Shown piece after piece: positions 32,162 through 41,797 of a stretch of 64,000 nt of DNA. The stretch covers positions 32,001 through 96,000 of IMG/VR virus record IMGVR_UViG_2912874417_000004; one strand, given 5' to 3'. The DNA is from a virus. Lineage: Duplodnaviria > Caudoviricetes. The notes under the pieces are model-generated. The model ran no database searches. It was given only the letters and a program-made list of their open reading frames with translations, and was not told the DNA's origin. How positions within the stretch are numbered: position 1 is the first letter of the stretch; every line of letters begins with the position of its first letter. The position numbers and the translations under genes are program-made.

Positions 32162-32317
32162 TTAGGATACCTTTGCTTTATATTTTGATCTAATCATTTC
32201 TGCTTCATTTTCAAGATGATTATCTTCCTGAGAAATTTCTAAATTAATATCTCCCATTTCCATGTAACCTTTGGCCATTTCCTCATAAGAAAGTGCTTGT
32301 GCAAAATTCTTTTTCAT
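32162..32317 (-). CDS. aimX: AimX, 51-aa MazE-mimic
   Basis: Read manually: MKKNFAQALSYEEMAKGYMEMGDINLEISQEDNHLENEAEMIRSKYKAKVS; GYxEMxxINL MazE-like segment; directly after the AimR operator. Confidence 0.85.
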   Translation of the reverse strand: MKKNFAQALSYEEMAKGYMEMGDINLEISQEDNHLENEAEMIRSKYKAKVS

Positions 32318-32329
32318 TTTAATTCCCCC

Positions 32330-32366
32330 ATGTTCTTGGTTTTTATTTTATGAATTTCTGGAACAT
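32330..32366. promoter_or_regulatory. AimR operator
   Basis: Perfect ATGTTC-N25-GAACAT inverted repeat between aimP terminator and aimX. Confidence 0.88.
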
Positions 32367-32383
32367 TCTCTTAAAATTAGAAA

Positions 32384-32412
32384 AGACGCCTGATCCAGTG
32401 GATCAAACGTCT
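32384..32412 (-). terminator. aimP terminator
   Basis: Minus strand AGACGTTTGATCCA-C-TGGATCAGGCGTCT followed by a T run. Confidence 0.8.
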
Positions 32413-32446
32413 AACCATCGATTATGTAGTTAGTTGATGTTATTTT

Positions 32447-32578
32447 TTATGCCCCACGAATAATGCTTGCTACACTAATTTCATCGTTTGGAGCTGCAGT
32501 ACTTACTGACTTTTGTCCTGCAACAAAAGATAATGCCAGAGCTGCAATAATGACTACACCTAATAGCGTTTTTTTCAA
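32447..32578 (-). CDS. aimP: Arbitrium pre-propeptide, mature peptide SIIRGA
   Basis: Read manually: MKKTLLGVVIIAALALSFVAGQKSVSTAAPNDEISVASIIRGA; signal peptide plus C-terminal xxxRGA. Confidence 0.93.
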   Translation of the reverse strand: MKKTLLGVVIIAALALSFVAGQKSVSTAAPNDEISVASIIRGA

Positions 32579-32606
32579 TAACCTCACCCCCTTTCAGTTA
32601 CATCAA

Positions 32607-33752
32607 TCAAATTGAAATAAGACTTAACAGTTCTGTATCTGCACCCATTTTTTCAAGCTCAATCAATGGTAATTGAATTGAATATTTGTCATCTGATTTT
32701 TTGAAACTGTGTATAGATTTATAAAAATCAGATTTATCTACAGATATTAAACCTCTATAATAAAAATAAAATCCCTTCTCATTCTCATCTTGTTCTCTTA
32801 TTGATAACTCATTTAAAATCTCATTAGCCTTATCAACTTCACCTTTTCGTATATAATGGTATGCTCTCAATTGCAAGTATTTAGTATTCTGTGATTCATA
32901 ATTCACCCAAAAGTTCTCTTTATTCCAAAAGCTCGCAAGAAAGCATAATGCTCCGTCTAGCATCTCCTTGTGAATTGTATTACTTGCATACTTAGCACCG
33001 TTAACATATGATTGCTTAGCCTCTTCAAAATTTTCAAATATAAAAGAGTTCCCGATTGTTAAATATGCAAAAAAACAAATCCTGTCTATGTTTGTAGTTT
33101 CAGTTGCATTTAAACAATATTTTCTTGCTTCAATTAAATTGTTTTCATTGAAACTTATATTTGCTTTCAACAAGCTTACTCTTGAGGTGTATAAATCTTT
33201 TATGTAACCGTCTGATAATTCTTGAAAATCCAGCAATTTTGCTGTACTTTTCATTAATCCAAATTCACCAATTTTCAGGTATTCATACATTAGCATCGCA
33301 TTTGAGAAAAATATCATTTCTGTTGTTTTGCATTTACCAGTTTCCCTGATTGCTTCAGTTAAGGATATCTTGTTTTCGGTTAACTTTCTATGTATATTAT
33401 AGGTCTTACCCCATTCTTTGCTTGTCGCATTTTTCGAATTGCATAAATTTAAAATTATTTTATCAGTTAATGCATTCCACTGATTTATATCTGCATATTC
33501 AACAGATTGTCTAGCACATTTTTTATTGGGATCCAATGATAAGAAATAATCACTTAGAAGTTGCTCTTCATCATCAGGAAACAAGCTTTTAACAATATTA
33601 ATTAAACCGCCTAAGTTGTCCATTTCTTTCTCTGGGGTGTTGATGAATTTGTAAAAGCCATTAACCTTTTCGTACCCTGCTATTTTTGAGAGTTTCGCTG
33701 CGAGCTGGTTGTCTTTTTCACATTCATTCTTAATCATCTGCTTAAGATTCAT
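32607..33752 (-). CDS. aimR: Arbitrium receptor (RRNPP/TPR)
   Basis: 381-aa helical-repeat protein directly upstream of aimP. Confidence 0.93.
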   Translation of the reverse strand: MNLKQMIKNECEKDNQLAAKLSKIAGYEKVNGFYKFINTPEKEMDNLGGLINIVKSLFPDDEEQLLSDYFLSLDPNKKCARQSVEYADINQWNALTDKIILNLCNSKNATSKEWGKTYNIHRKLTENKISLTEAIRETGKCKTTEMIFFSNAMLMYEYLKIGEFGLMKSTAKLLDFQELSDGYIKDLYTSRVSLLKANISFNENNLIEARKYCLNATETTNIDRICFFAYLTIGNSFIFENFEEAKQSYVNGAKYASNTIHKEMLDGALCFLASFWNKENFWVNYESQNTKYLQLRAYHYIRKGEVDKANEILNELSIREQDENEKGFYFYYRGLISVDKSDFYKSIHSFKKSDDKYSIQLPLIELEKMGADTELLSLISI

Positions 33753-33907
33753 TGGTTACTCCACCCCTTCCCAACTAATGTTCCCTTGTTTATAATATAC
33801 ATTAGAGTTGTCAGAATTACAAGTATTTATTTTATTTTTATTCTAATTATTTTTTTGGTATCCTTCTCTGTTTAAAATTCGTATTTTATTTAGACCGCAG
33901 TGAGGGG

Positions 33908-34999
33908 TTAAGCCTCACTGTGCATAATTGGCCATAAATAATGTTCAACCTTTTTCTTTAATTCTTCTTGTAACGAGGCATCTAACATTTTATACTGTTC
34001 CCTCATAAGTAAACGTTGCTCAATAATACAAGCAGTTAATTCTTTTTTTGTTTTTTTATTTAGGCTTGATACAGTGGGTAACCACTCATCTTCATACCCA
34101 ACAAATTCAAGGAAAAGGGCTTTCAACTTTTCATTTTCTTTTTCTTTTTCTTTTAATTGTTGTTTTAAGTTGTGGTTTGCATTCAGTGTAGCCTTTTTTT
34201 TATCTCTGTCTTTTTCATATTCTAATCCTACAAGTATTTTTGCTTTTTCAATTTCTTCATCATACATTTCATATAAAAACGTAACAATCTGGTTAAAAAG
34301 AAGAAGCAGTTTTAAAGAATTTTGTTCGGTTCCAAAATTTTTTAAATAACCGTGAGCGAAAGCATGCCGGCTAATTTCCGAAGCAACTTCTTTCCCGTAA
34401 AAACCAACGAGTATATATTTTTTATAGTATTGCATAACTTTATCATTAAATGAATCACCCTCAGCTTTATATGAAGTTAATAATAATTGCTCTAAATAAA
34501 TTCTCAAATAGTTTTCTTTATATTTATAATTATGATTAAAAAATTCAAATATAATCCCTTCAAATTGAGGTAAAAGTGTTGAAACGGAGGAGTAATATAA
34601 CCCAAATTTATGGCATTCAACGACTGACTCTAAAATAGACATCCTTTCTCTTAAAAAGGGAACTCTTGACCATTCATCTAAGAAATTGCCTATTTCCCCA
34701 CTCTTAAAATAGTTAACAATAATACTGCTTACATCAAAATTATCGAAGTCCTTCTCTTCTTCCATCTTCTTTTGAATTTCTAAAATTATGTCTATATCCC
34801 ATATAGGAGGATATCCACTTTCAATAATCATTGCATTGACACTATCTCTTGTATCAAATTCTTCCCGTAATAACAAAAGGCTCTCATATATAGGCTTCAT
34901 TTCTTTTCTGAAAGTCTCACCTATTTCTTCAATCGTTTGTTTTAGTGACTTTACATTTTCAATTAATATGTTTCTTATTGATGTGGTAATAAAATCCAT
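33908..34999 (-). CDS. Putative HEPN-like protein with C-terminal coiled coil
   Basis: LLPQFEGII...SRHAFAHG (Rx4H). Confidence 0.55.
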   Translation of the reverse strand: MDFITTSIRNILIENVKSLKQTIEEIGETFRKEMKPIYESLLLLREEFDTRDSVNAMIIESGYPPIWDIDIILEIQKKMEEEKDFDNFDVSSIIVNYFKSGEIGNFLDEWSRVPFLRERMSILESVVECHKFGLYYSSVSTLLPQFEGIIFEFFNHNYKYKENYLRIYLEQLLLTSYKAEGDSFNDKVMQYYKKYILVGFYGKEVASEISRHAFAHGYLKNFGTEQNSLKLLLLFNQIVTFLYEMYDEEIEKAKILVGLEYEKDRDKKKATLNANHNLKQQLKEKEKENEKLKALFLEFVGYEDEWLPTVSSLNKKTKKELTACIIEQRLLMREQYKMLDASLQEELKKKVEHYLWPIMHSEA

Positions 35000-35422
35000 T
35001 GTTTTGTAAAACCTCCCGATCTCTCAATAAATTGCGGATATTCATCATCTGGCTTATCAAGCTGTATATGAGCTATGTAGTATTTTCTTAGTCTGTGCCA
35101 AAAGGTTATACAGCCACCAAAGTGATCTCGATAGTGATTAACAATAAGTTTTGGTTTATAGCCCTTTGATTTTAAGTATTCGGCAATTTCTTCATTCCAA
35201 ATTCTTGTCCTATACCTTACTCTGTATACAATTATTATCCTTTAATGCTCTGCTTAATTTTTCACTTTTGTTATTAAGATAAGAGAACCACAATAAACTT
35301 ATGAACCCAGCTGCTCCTATAATTTTAGATATAATGTAAGTCCAATTAAGTACATCCATAAACTTTCTCCCCTAAGGAATAATGTCTAAATAAAATGATT
35401 ATTTCTCGGCCTCACTCATTAG

Positions 35423-35554
35423 TTAAAGACGCTTCCATTCGACATACTCAAATCGCTGCTGATAAAGGTCTTCCAGGATTGCGGCCCATTCAACCCAGCC
35501 ATCCGCAACAATACTTTTCTTCTCCCCATCCTCAATCCATTCAATCCAGTACAC
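35423..35554 (-). CDS. YopG-like 43-aa protein
   Basis: Read manually: MYWIEWIEDGEKKSIVADGWVEWAAILEDLYQQRFEYVEWKRL with GAGGAG RBS. Confidence 0.55.
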   Translation of the reverse strand: MYWIEWIEDGEKKSIVADGWVEWAAILEDLYQQRFEYVEWKRL

Positions 35555-35565
35555 CTGAACACTCC

Positions 35566-35781
35566 TCACCTAGTAATAACTTCAATTTGTCTTATAGCAG
35601 AAGTGGCTTTAAACTCTGCATGTAGCTCGTTTGCAATCACTAAAGCTTCTGACATTGTAGTGAACTTAGAAGCGCCATGAAGCCCCTTAGATGTCTTATA
35701 ACCACTTCCATCTAATTTAAATGACTTGAAGTAATCATCATTTTCAAATTGAATAACAAAAAAGGTATCGATAACCGGCAT
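35566..35781 (-). CDS. YopF-like hypothetical protein
   Basis: 71 aa; syntenic. Confidence 0.55.
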   Translation of the reverse strand: MPVIDTFFVIQFENDDYFKSFKLDGSGYKTSKGLHGASKFTTMSEALVIANELHAEFKATSAIRQIEVITR

Positions 35782-35783
35782 AG

Positions 35784-36035
35784 CTAACTCCTCTTTAGCA
35801 AACCAGCAATTTTTATAGCCAGTGGCAGCAATCCAATTAATATGTAAAACACCATGATATTTATTTTATTCTTAAAGAACAGTTCAATCATATTCTGCTC
35901 CATACCTGGTGAAAATGAATCAATCAGTTCCTGCTTAAACTCTTCATCATAAACCTGATCAACAAATAAGGCCTTAAATCCTGTCAGAAAGCCTACACCA
36001 AGCCAGACTATTAAGAAATATGCTATTCCAATCAA
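35784..36035 (-). CDS. YopE-like membrane protein
   Basis: 83 aa, two TM segments. Confidence 0.6.
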   Translation of the reverse strand: MIGIAYFLIVWLGVGFLTGFKALFVDQVYDEEFKQELIDSFSPGMEQNMIELFFKNKINIMVFYILIGLLPLAIKIAGLLKRS

Positions 36036-36105
36036 ATTAAAGCCCTCCTTATATACATCGTCTGGTATTATAGTAGTGTTAAATACTTTGTGTAGGTGAA
36101 ATTTA

Positions 36106-36288
36106 ATGGAAGAGAAAGATTTTGAGACTAATGGCTACGATGTAACAATTGTATATGATTATAAGGAGTATCCCGATGTTAAATATGGACGCTGCGACAA
36201 CTGTGATTATGCTTTATTCAAGAGTTCAGTGAAAAGTGGTGTGTTTTTACGTGAGTGTCGTAGGTGTGGTATGAAGAAGAGCATTTAG
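36106..36288 (+). CDS. Small Zn-ribbon protein
   Basis: CDNC...CRRC. Confidence 0.6.
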   Translation: MEEKDFETNGYDVTIVYDYKEYPDVKYGRCDNCDYALFKSSVKSGVFLRECRRCGMKKSI

Positions 36289-36302
36289 TTTAATGCTCTT
36301 TT

Positions 36303-36527
36303 TTATTTCACTGGAATCATGTAGCTTACATATACTTCAATTCCATCTTCAGTTTTATATTCCGCAATTTTGTCTGTATCCGATTCAATCTTTTCAATAA
36401 GCCGCTTTGCACTTTTATTGCCCTTCTCACTATTAGCAGCAACAATCCAAGACCAATAATTCCATTCAGAGATGCAGGACTTAACCTTTTCTGGTATCGC
36501 ATGACCTATTGTGTAAACCTTGATCAT
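36303..36527 (-). CDS. Hypothetical protein
   Basis: ORF track, RBS. Confidence 0.55.
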   Translation of the reverse strand: MIKVYTIGHAIPEKVKSCISEWNYWSWIVAANSEKGNKSAKRLIEKIESDTDKIAEYKTEDGIEVYVSYMIPVK

Positions 36528-36557
36528 TTACGTACTCCCCTCCCAAGTTTAAGCTCA

Positions 36558-36785
36558 TTATTTAATCCAATTTGCTGGCGGGACGCTCAACACTCTGTAT
36601 TGTTCATCTAGGTAAGCATGTTTCCTTTCCCAATCACTTTTCTTCCATGCTTCTTGATTTGTGAATGACGGATATATTGGCTTTGGATACTCTTCATTCA
36701 CCCATCCATCTTCAATATGATTTAGTTTGGCTTCGGTACCTTTATCATCGTATTTGTACCAGACAGTTATCATTTTGGCTGTCAT
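36558..36785 (-). CDS. Hypothetical protein
   Basis: ORF track, RBS. Confidence 0.6.
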   Translation of the reverse strand: MTAKMITVWYKYDDKGTEAKLNHIEDGWVNEEYPKPIYPSFTNQEAWKKSDWERKHAYLDEQYRVLSVPPANWIK

Positions 36786-36827
36786 AAGTCATCCTCTCCC
36801 TCATTGTGCATTTATGATTTTTCACAA

Positions 36828-37379
36828 TTATTTCTTATTGCCAAGCATGAATAATAAGGTACCCTCTGTGCCAATCAATTCATACTTTATTCCATTTTTA
36901 GAGGCGGAATGTTTTGTTCCTGTCTCAATTACATTATTAAAATTTAATTCATTTAAAATTAATCGTTCCTTATCTTCATCAGAAAGTTTTGAATCTGCTA
37001 CACTACTTAATGCTTTCATTATTTCTTGGTATTGCCCCAAGGAAATTTCATCCATCTGATTTGAAGGAAGGCCAATAACACCATAGGGAAAAATGATACG
37101 GTCTTTACTATCTACAGATGCCGTAATTGTGAAACCGTTCCATTTGGCCATATAGACAGATGACCCATCATTAACCTTCTCAATTTTCGAATCATTAATA
37201 TCAATAACTCCGTTTGAAACTTTGTATATTTTATCTTGAAACTTCTCCTGTGTTAATCCTGAGCTTCTGCCAAACACGAGGTACCCAACAGTAGCGATTA
37301 CAACAATAGCGATTATCAATCTCTTATGTCTATTGATTACCCTCCAAATATTATTAGTTGTATCTGTAAGCTGGTTCAT
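36828..37379 (-). CDS. Membrane-anchored extracellular protein
   Basis: N-terminal TM IIAIVVIATVGYLVFG. Confidence 0.7.
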   Translation of the reverse strand: MNQLTDTTNNIWRVINRHKRLIIAIVVIATVGYLVFGRSSGLTQEKFQDKIYKVSNGVIDINDSKIEKVNDGSSVYMAKWNGFTITASVDSKDRIIFPYGVIGLPSNQMDEISLGQYQEIMKALSSVADSKLSDEDKERLILNELNFNNVIETGTKHSASKNGIKYELIGTEGTLLFMLGNKK

Positions 37380-37481
37380 TAATTCACTCCTTCATATCTA
37401 CGTTCTAAACACGTTTTCATGTTCTGATGATTGTTTTTCGTTCCACAGTTGTCTTAGTTCCACATAAAAGAATGATTTTAT

Positions 37482-37961
37482 TTAAACATTGCATTTATTG
37501 TATTCGTCAAAATCCGGAAAGATAAGCCAGTCATTTGTCATCAACTCGTCCACTTTTTGCAAAAATTCTTTTGATCTGGCTTTCAATTTAAAATTACCGT
37601 CTCCACCATAAAATTCGCTCAAACCTTCATAACCGCCTGATTTGTAGCCTGATCTAAAACATCTCCCATCAAAATTCTTATTGTTACCTGCCTTTTCTGC
37701 ATCTATAATTCCACGAGTTTTTTCCTCTATTGCTTCAAAATTGTAACTCTTCGCAATCCGGTTTACCTCTGTCAACCTGGAGATGATTTCATCTGACCAG
37801 TTGCCCCTTACATCTCTTAGAAGTGCTTCCATTAAGATGATTTCTTCTTGTTTTATCATGGTCTTTCCTCCTCTAATTAAGTTTGCGTTCTTACTCCATA
37901 ACCTTCCCTTCAAGTACAACCTCACTTGCTGTCCAAGTGATCTCATTAACTCCATTCTCAT
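37482..37961 (-). CDS. Hypothetical protein (probable start 37859, MIKQEE)
   Basis: GGAGG RBS before internal Met. Confidence 0.6.
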   Translation of the reverse strand: MRMELMRSLGQQVRLYLKGRLWSKNANLIRGGKTMIKQEEIILMEALLRDVRGNWSDEIISRLTEVNRIAKSYNFEAIEEKTRGIIDAEKAGNNKNFDGRCFRSGYKSGGYEGLSEFYGGDGNFKLKARSKEFLQKVDELMTNDWLIFPDFDEYNKCNV

Positions 37962-38082
37962 CCATCAAGGTTTTCGCTTTACTATCCGCGCTCATTTTTA
38001 GGTCTTCCAAACTTTCGGCTTTAATTATATCGGATAATAGCATATAGTCCTGATCGTAAAATTTTACTGAATAATCCTTCAT
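37891..38082 (-). CDS. Hypothetical protein
   Basis: ORF track, RBS. Confidence 0.55.
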   Translation of the reverse strand: MKDYSVKFYDQDYMLLSDIIKAESLEDLKMSADSKAKTLMDENGVNEITWTASEVVLEGKVME

Positions 38083-38193
38083 GTTTTCTCTCTCCTATTC
38101 CATGTGAAAGTACGATTTTATAAAAATAGCCTGCAATTCTCTTTCATGTCTACTGCAGGCTTCTGTAAAATTCTCACTTAGTTCTGCCCTAGT

Positions 38194-38430
38194 TTACTTT
38201 ACTTTTTCAACGAATCTTGATGCTAACTCCCTGTAAATTACTTCACTAATCATATGTAGTTGAGTGATATTCGTGTTAAAAGTATCATGTAAATTTCTAA
38301 CCTTGCCCTGCTCTAGGACACCAGATTCCCGCCACTGTTTTAATTCATTAAAGCAATCTGCTAAAAAGGCATCCGTTTGCTCTTTTAAATGTTGTTCTAA
38401 ATTATTCATTCTCTCCACTCTCTTTTCCAT
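38194..38430 (-). CDS. Hypothetical protein
   Basis: ORF track. Confidence 0.55.
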   Translation of the reverse strand: MEKRVERMNNLEQHLKEQTDAFLADCFNELKQWRESGVLEQGKVRNLHDTFNTNITQLHMISEVIYRELASRFVEKVK

Positions 38431-38487
38431 TGTTTTTTAATGTTTCCTTAACTTGTAACTTTAGTATATCATGATCCCTAAAACGGA

Positions 38488-38751
38488 TCAATGATTTTTT
38501 CTATTATTTTCATCTTTTTTAAATTCCATCAGTTCATTAATTGTGACGTCAAAATAAGAGCATATTTTTTCAATAAGGTCTGTTGGAACTCGCTTTATTT
38601 CACCCAGCCACATCAACCGTACGCTTTTATAATCGTGTTCCAGAATCCTCGATAGTTCCCTTATTCCGCTTATTCCTTTTTCTTCAGCTAGTTGCTTTAA
38701 TTTGAATTCAATCATTTTAGAATCTCCCTTTATTTTTAGTAAGGAATCCAC
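38488..38751 (-). CDS. Xre-family HTH regulator
   Basis: GIRELSRILEHDYKSVRLMW. Confidence 0.75.
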   Translation of the reverse strand: MDSLLKIKGDSKMIEFKLKQLAEEKGISGIRELSRILEHDYKSVRLMWLGEIKRVPTDLIEKICSYFDVTINELMEFKKDENNRKNH

Positions 38752-38762
38752 ATCGGAAACAT

Positions 38763-39008
38763 TTAATCATTTTGATCTCTTTTGTATGTTAGTAGCTCAT
38801 GCAACTCAATGTCTAAATATGTACAGACTTTATCCAACAGATCCCTTGGATACCGCTCCATTTCGTCATGATACAGCTTCCTAACTGTGTTAAAACCATG
38901 ATCAATATCATTGGACAGCTTTCGAATACTGATATTCTTTTCGTCTAATATCGGCTTTAAATTTGATTTAATCAATTTAACTACCCCACATTCATTATGT
39001 ATGATCAC
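38763..39008 (-). CDS. yopB: Xre-family HTH regulator, YopB-like
   Basis: [36 protein letters not shown]. Confidence 0.7.
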   Translation of the reverse strand: MIIHNECGVVKLIKSNLKPILDEKNISIRKLSNDIDHGFNTVRKLYHDEMERYPRDLLDKVCTYLDIELHELLTYKRDQND

Positions 39009-39068
39009 TTTAAATTATCACCATATGCATAAAAAAGGTCAAGGATATACCTTGACTATGTATTAAGC

Positions 39069-39506
39069 TTACCAATCAAATGAATCTTCATGTTCAAATC
39101 CATAAATACCTTTAATCCACACGTCTCCGCAGCCTGGATTCTTTGTAATCTCTAGCACATGATTACGATTTGCATCTCCCTCTACTCGATCTGCAGCAGT
39201 ATAGTCGGCATAGTTCCCTACAAACTGCTTCTCACTACGTGGGAATACCCAGCCAGCAAGAGTTATCCTACTGATTTTCATATTTAGAGTACACCCTTCA
39301 GCATTGCTAATTGTGAATTTGTAGAAGAGCCAAGTGCGATCATAATTCCGATCAAAATAATCTGCCATGGAAAAGCTCTCTGAATCCTCAGCCATGTGAA
39401 AATTCACATTTTTGTAGTCTAATGTAAGCTTCGCCTCAGCGCTTGGTGTCGTGAAACACGATATGAACCCAACGCAAATTAAAGTAAGTACAATTAACTT
39501 CTTCAT
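39069..39506 (-). CDS. Secreted protein
   Basis: Sec signal ending AEA; two Cys in the mature region. Confidence 0.7.
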   Translation of the reverse strand: MKKLIVLTLICVGFISCFTTPSAEAKLTLDYKNVNFHMAEDSESFSMADYFDRNYDRTWLFYKFTISNAEGCTLNMKISRITLAGWVFPRSEKQFVGNYADYTAADRVEGDANRNHVLEITKNPGCGDVWIKGIYGFEHEDSFDW

Positions 39507-39585
39507 TTCCCCTACCCCCTTCTTCCAAATTATACTACATCCAAAAAGGGGGCGGTCTATATCATGATGTCATCATTGAGATTTT

Positions 39586-39918
39586 TTATTCTACTTCCTC
39601 TGCGCCATATTCAATAAAAGACTCAACATCTTCTTCGTACTCTGCAATGGCTACTTCTTCCGTTAAACCTTCTTGCTGCATTCTTTCTTCAACACTTAAT
39701 ACTCTGCAAATCACTTCGTAATCTTCAAACGTTTCAAAGGCTTGCTGCCTGGCAATATTAATAGCCTCGTCATAACTGTCAAAATCAAAAGCTTCTTCAT
39801 CTCTTGTGATATCGTTAATTGAACCGCCCACACCATAGAAAAGTTTATATTTTGTCATGTTAACCGCTCCATTCGATAATTTTATTTTTATCTTGTAAAT
39901 TAAGTATACACCGAACAC
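39586..39918 (-). CDS. Acidic hypothetical protein (probable start MTKYKL)
   Basis: ORF after a TTGACT-17-TATACT promoter. Confidence 0.6.
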   Translation of the reverse strand: MFGVYLIYKIKIKLSNGAVNMTKYKLFYGVGGSINDITRDEEAFDFDSYDEAINIARQQAFETFEDYEVICRVLSVEERMQQEGLTEEVAIAEYEEDVESFIEYGAEEVE

Positions 39919-40335
39919 TTTAAATAGTCAACCTATTATTTTATATTTATTCCTTTTTTTAAAACTCCTAATTTTTAACGCCTTCTGGCTGCAATTAAAA
40001 TAATTGCATCTTAAAAACCATCCCATTATATTTTTATACATTTGTCCTTAATGCTTCTTTTCCATGGTTAATATCGACACTTAGCCTAGAAAATGAAACT
40101 TCTTCTTTGTCTTTATTCTTCATGATATAGCTAGATATATATGTATCTATGAATATCTACGTGTATTTATAAGTATCTACATTTCCATATATCACACAAT
40201 TATACCTTATTGAGAACAAAAATATTTATTTTAGTTCATTTTTAAGAACAAATCTTCCATTTTTATGATATAATCATCACTGCTTATAGGCAACCTTACT
40301 GCTTATTCGCCATATGGTATAGGAAAGAGGTTCTT

Positions 40336-41430
40336 TTGATGAACGTAAAACATTCTAACTGTTTCTTTGTTATCAGGCTGGTTGCTGCTCTTTGTGTGCT
40401 TATTGGTCATGCTACAAGAGATTTAAACATTTCTGTCTTTGGTTATTCCCCAGAGAGTAAAGCAATATTTCACACCGGCATATCAATTTTCTTTTTTCTA
40501 AGCGCATTTTTTCTTTTCACTTCCTATGAAAGATACAAGACCAAAGGAAACAACGTAATCGATTTTTATTGGAGCAGAATTATAAGGATCGCACCCGCAA
40601 TATACACCTATGCTATTGCCTCCACTGTGCTGCTAATTGTTCTGGGAGCTCTTTCATTAACGGTATTCACTGCTAAAGAGTACTGGATATGGCTTCTGAG
40701 CAATCTTGTGCTATACCCTCAATACTTCCCTGACATATTCCATCATATTGGCACAGGTCGCCTTAACGATTCACTTTGGACAATTCCTGTTCAGATTAGC
40801 TTTTATCTTGTGTTACCCGCAATTTATTGGTTTTATAAACGTTTCGGATTTAAAAAAATGATTCTTTGCTCTTTTGCTGTTTCCGCTTTCGGTGTGTTGG
40901 GTTCTTTCATATTATTAAAATTCGCACCGGGAAGTGTGTTCGGTAACCTGTACTTACATTCATTCCTGCCGCAGATGTTTTATTTCACTTTGGGAATCTT
41001 CTGGGCTAAGGTATGGAGCAAGTTACCGCAGCATATCGTTTTATTTTTATGTTCTATTATTTTATTTTTATTCTTTAAATTTGACCTTCTATATCTCAGC
41101 TCAATAAACAGCACATTATGGAGCTTTTTATGGTTCATTCCCTTGAGCTATGCAATCATTTGGTTCGGGTACAATGGGCCGAAGATATTTTGGCAGCTGA
41201 ACCGGTTAGATGATATCAGTATGGGGATTTTCATATGGCACATGGTGATCATCAACATCTTCTTATACACTGGAATTAATGAAACATTGTCTGATTACCC
41301 GCTGATTATAGTTCTAATTGCTGTTACTGCTGCATCCGCATTTCTTTCTTACAGAATAGTGGAAAAACCCGCTCTTAAATTACGTAATATCAAGAAAAAC
41401 AAACCGGTCAAAACAAGGATTGCAAGCTAA
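40336..41430 (+). CDS. Acyltransferase family 3 (OafA/YrhL-like) membrane O-acyltransferase
   Basis: IRLVAALCVLIGH, FFFLSAF, RIIRIAP, SLWTIPVQISFY, SMGIFIWH, SYRIVEKP; about 10 TM. Confidence 0.88.
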   Translation: MMNVKHSNCFFVIRLVAALCVLIGHATRDLNISVFGYSPESKAIFHTGISIFFFLSAFFLFTSYERYKTKGNNVIDFYWSRIIRIAPAIYTYAIASTVLLIVLGALSLTVFTAKEYWIWLLSNLVLYPQYFPDIFHHIGTGRLNDSLWTIPVQISFYLVLPAIYWFYKRFGFKKMILCSFAVSAFGVLGSFILLKFAPGSVFGNLYLHSFLPQMFYFTLGIFWAKVWSKLPQHIVLFLCSIILFLFFKFDLLYLSSINSTLWSFLWFIPLSYAIIWFGYNGPKIFWQLNRLDDISMGIFIWHMVIINIFLYTGINETLSDYPLIIVLIAVTAASAFLSYRIVEKPALKLRNIKKNKPVKTRIAS

Positions 41431-41436
41431 CCGCAA

Positions 41437-41460
41437 GGGCTGTTCTTATGTAGGCAGCCC
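41437..41460 (+). terminator. Hairpin after the acyltransferase gene
   Basis: GGGCTGTTC...GGCAGCCC. Confidence 0.5.
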
Positions 41461-41519
41461 GAATCCTGTTTAGCATGAAATGGTGTTTTTATTCAGAGTC
41501 TTGGGAACAAGAACTATTT

Positions 41520-41635
41520 CCCGCTCAATTTCATCTTTGTATAGCTTTTTGACTCTCGGATAATCACGATCAATATATCGGACGCTGGTCTTCATTTGTC
41601 TAATAGCGGGCTTAAAATTTGTATAGTAATTTCAC
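41520..41635 (-). pseudogene. Degenerate YopB-like HTH gene relic
   Basis: Frameshifted VKLL/TNFKP...SVRYIDRDYPRVKKLYKDEIER aligns by eye to the 38763 protein. Confidence 0.5.
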
Positions 41636-41797
41636 GCCTTAGTTATTTCCGATCACTTTTAACGGTCATTAAGTTTACAATAATGACAAAGGCTTTTTAA
41701 TTTCATGACCCTGTTAAAACATTAGATAGAATAATTATCTGAGTCTCAAACCCAATAGTTCATTAGGTTCTCTTATGAACTCCATGGTTGACTCATC

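Noticed and set aside
20273-35406. Extra junction-motif candidates at 20273 and 35391 (also 44365 and 60105)
   Set aside because: Most have two or more arm mismatches or an altered right arm, so they were left out of the count.
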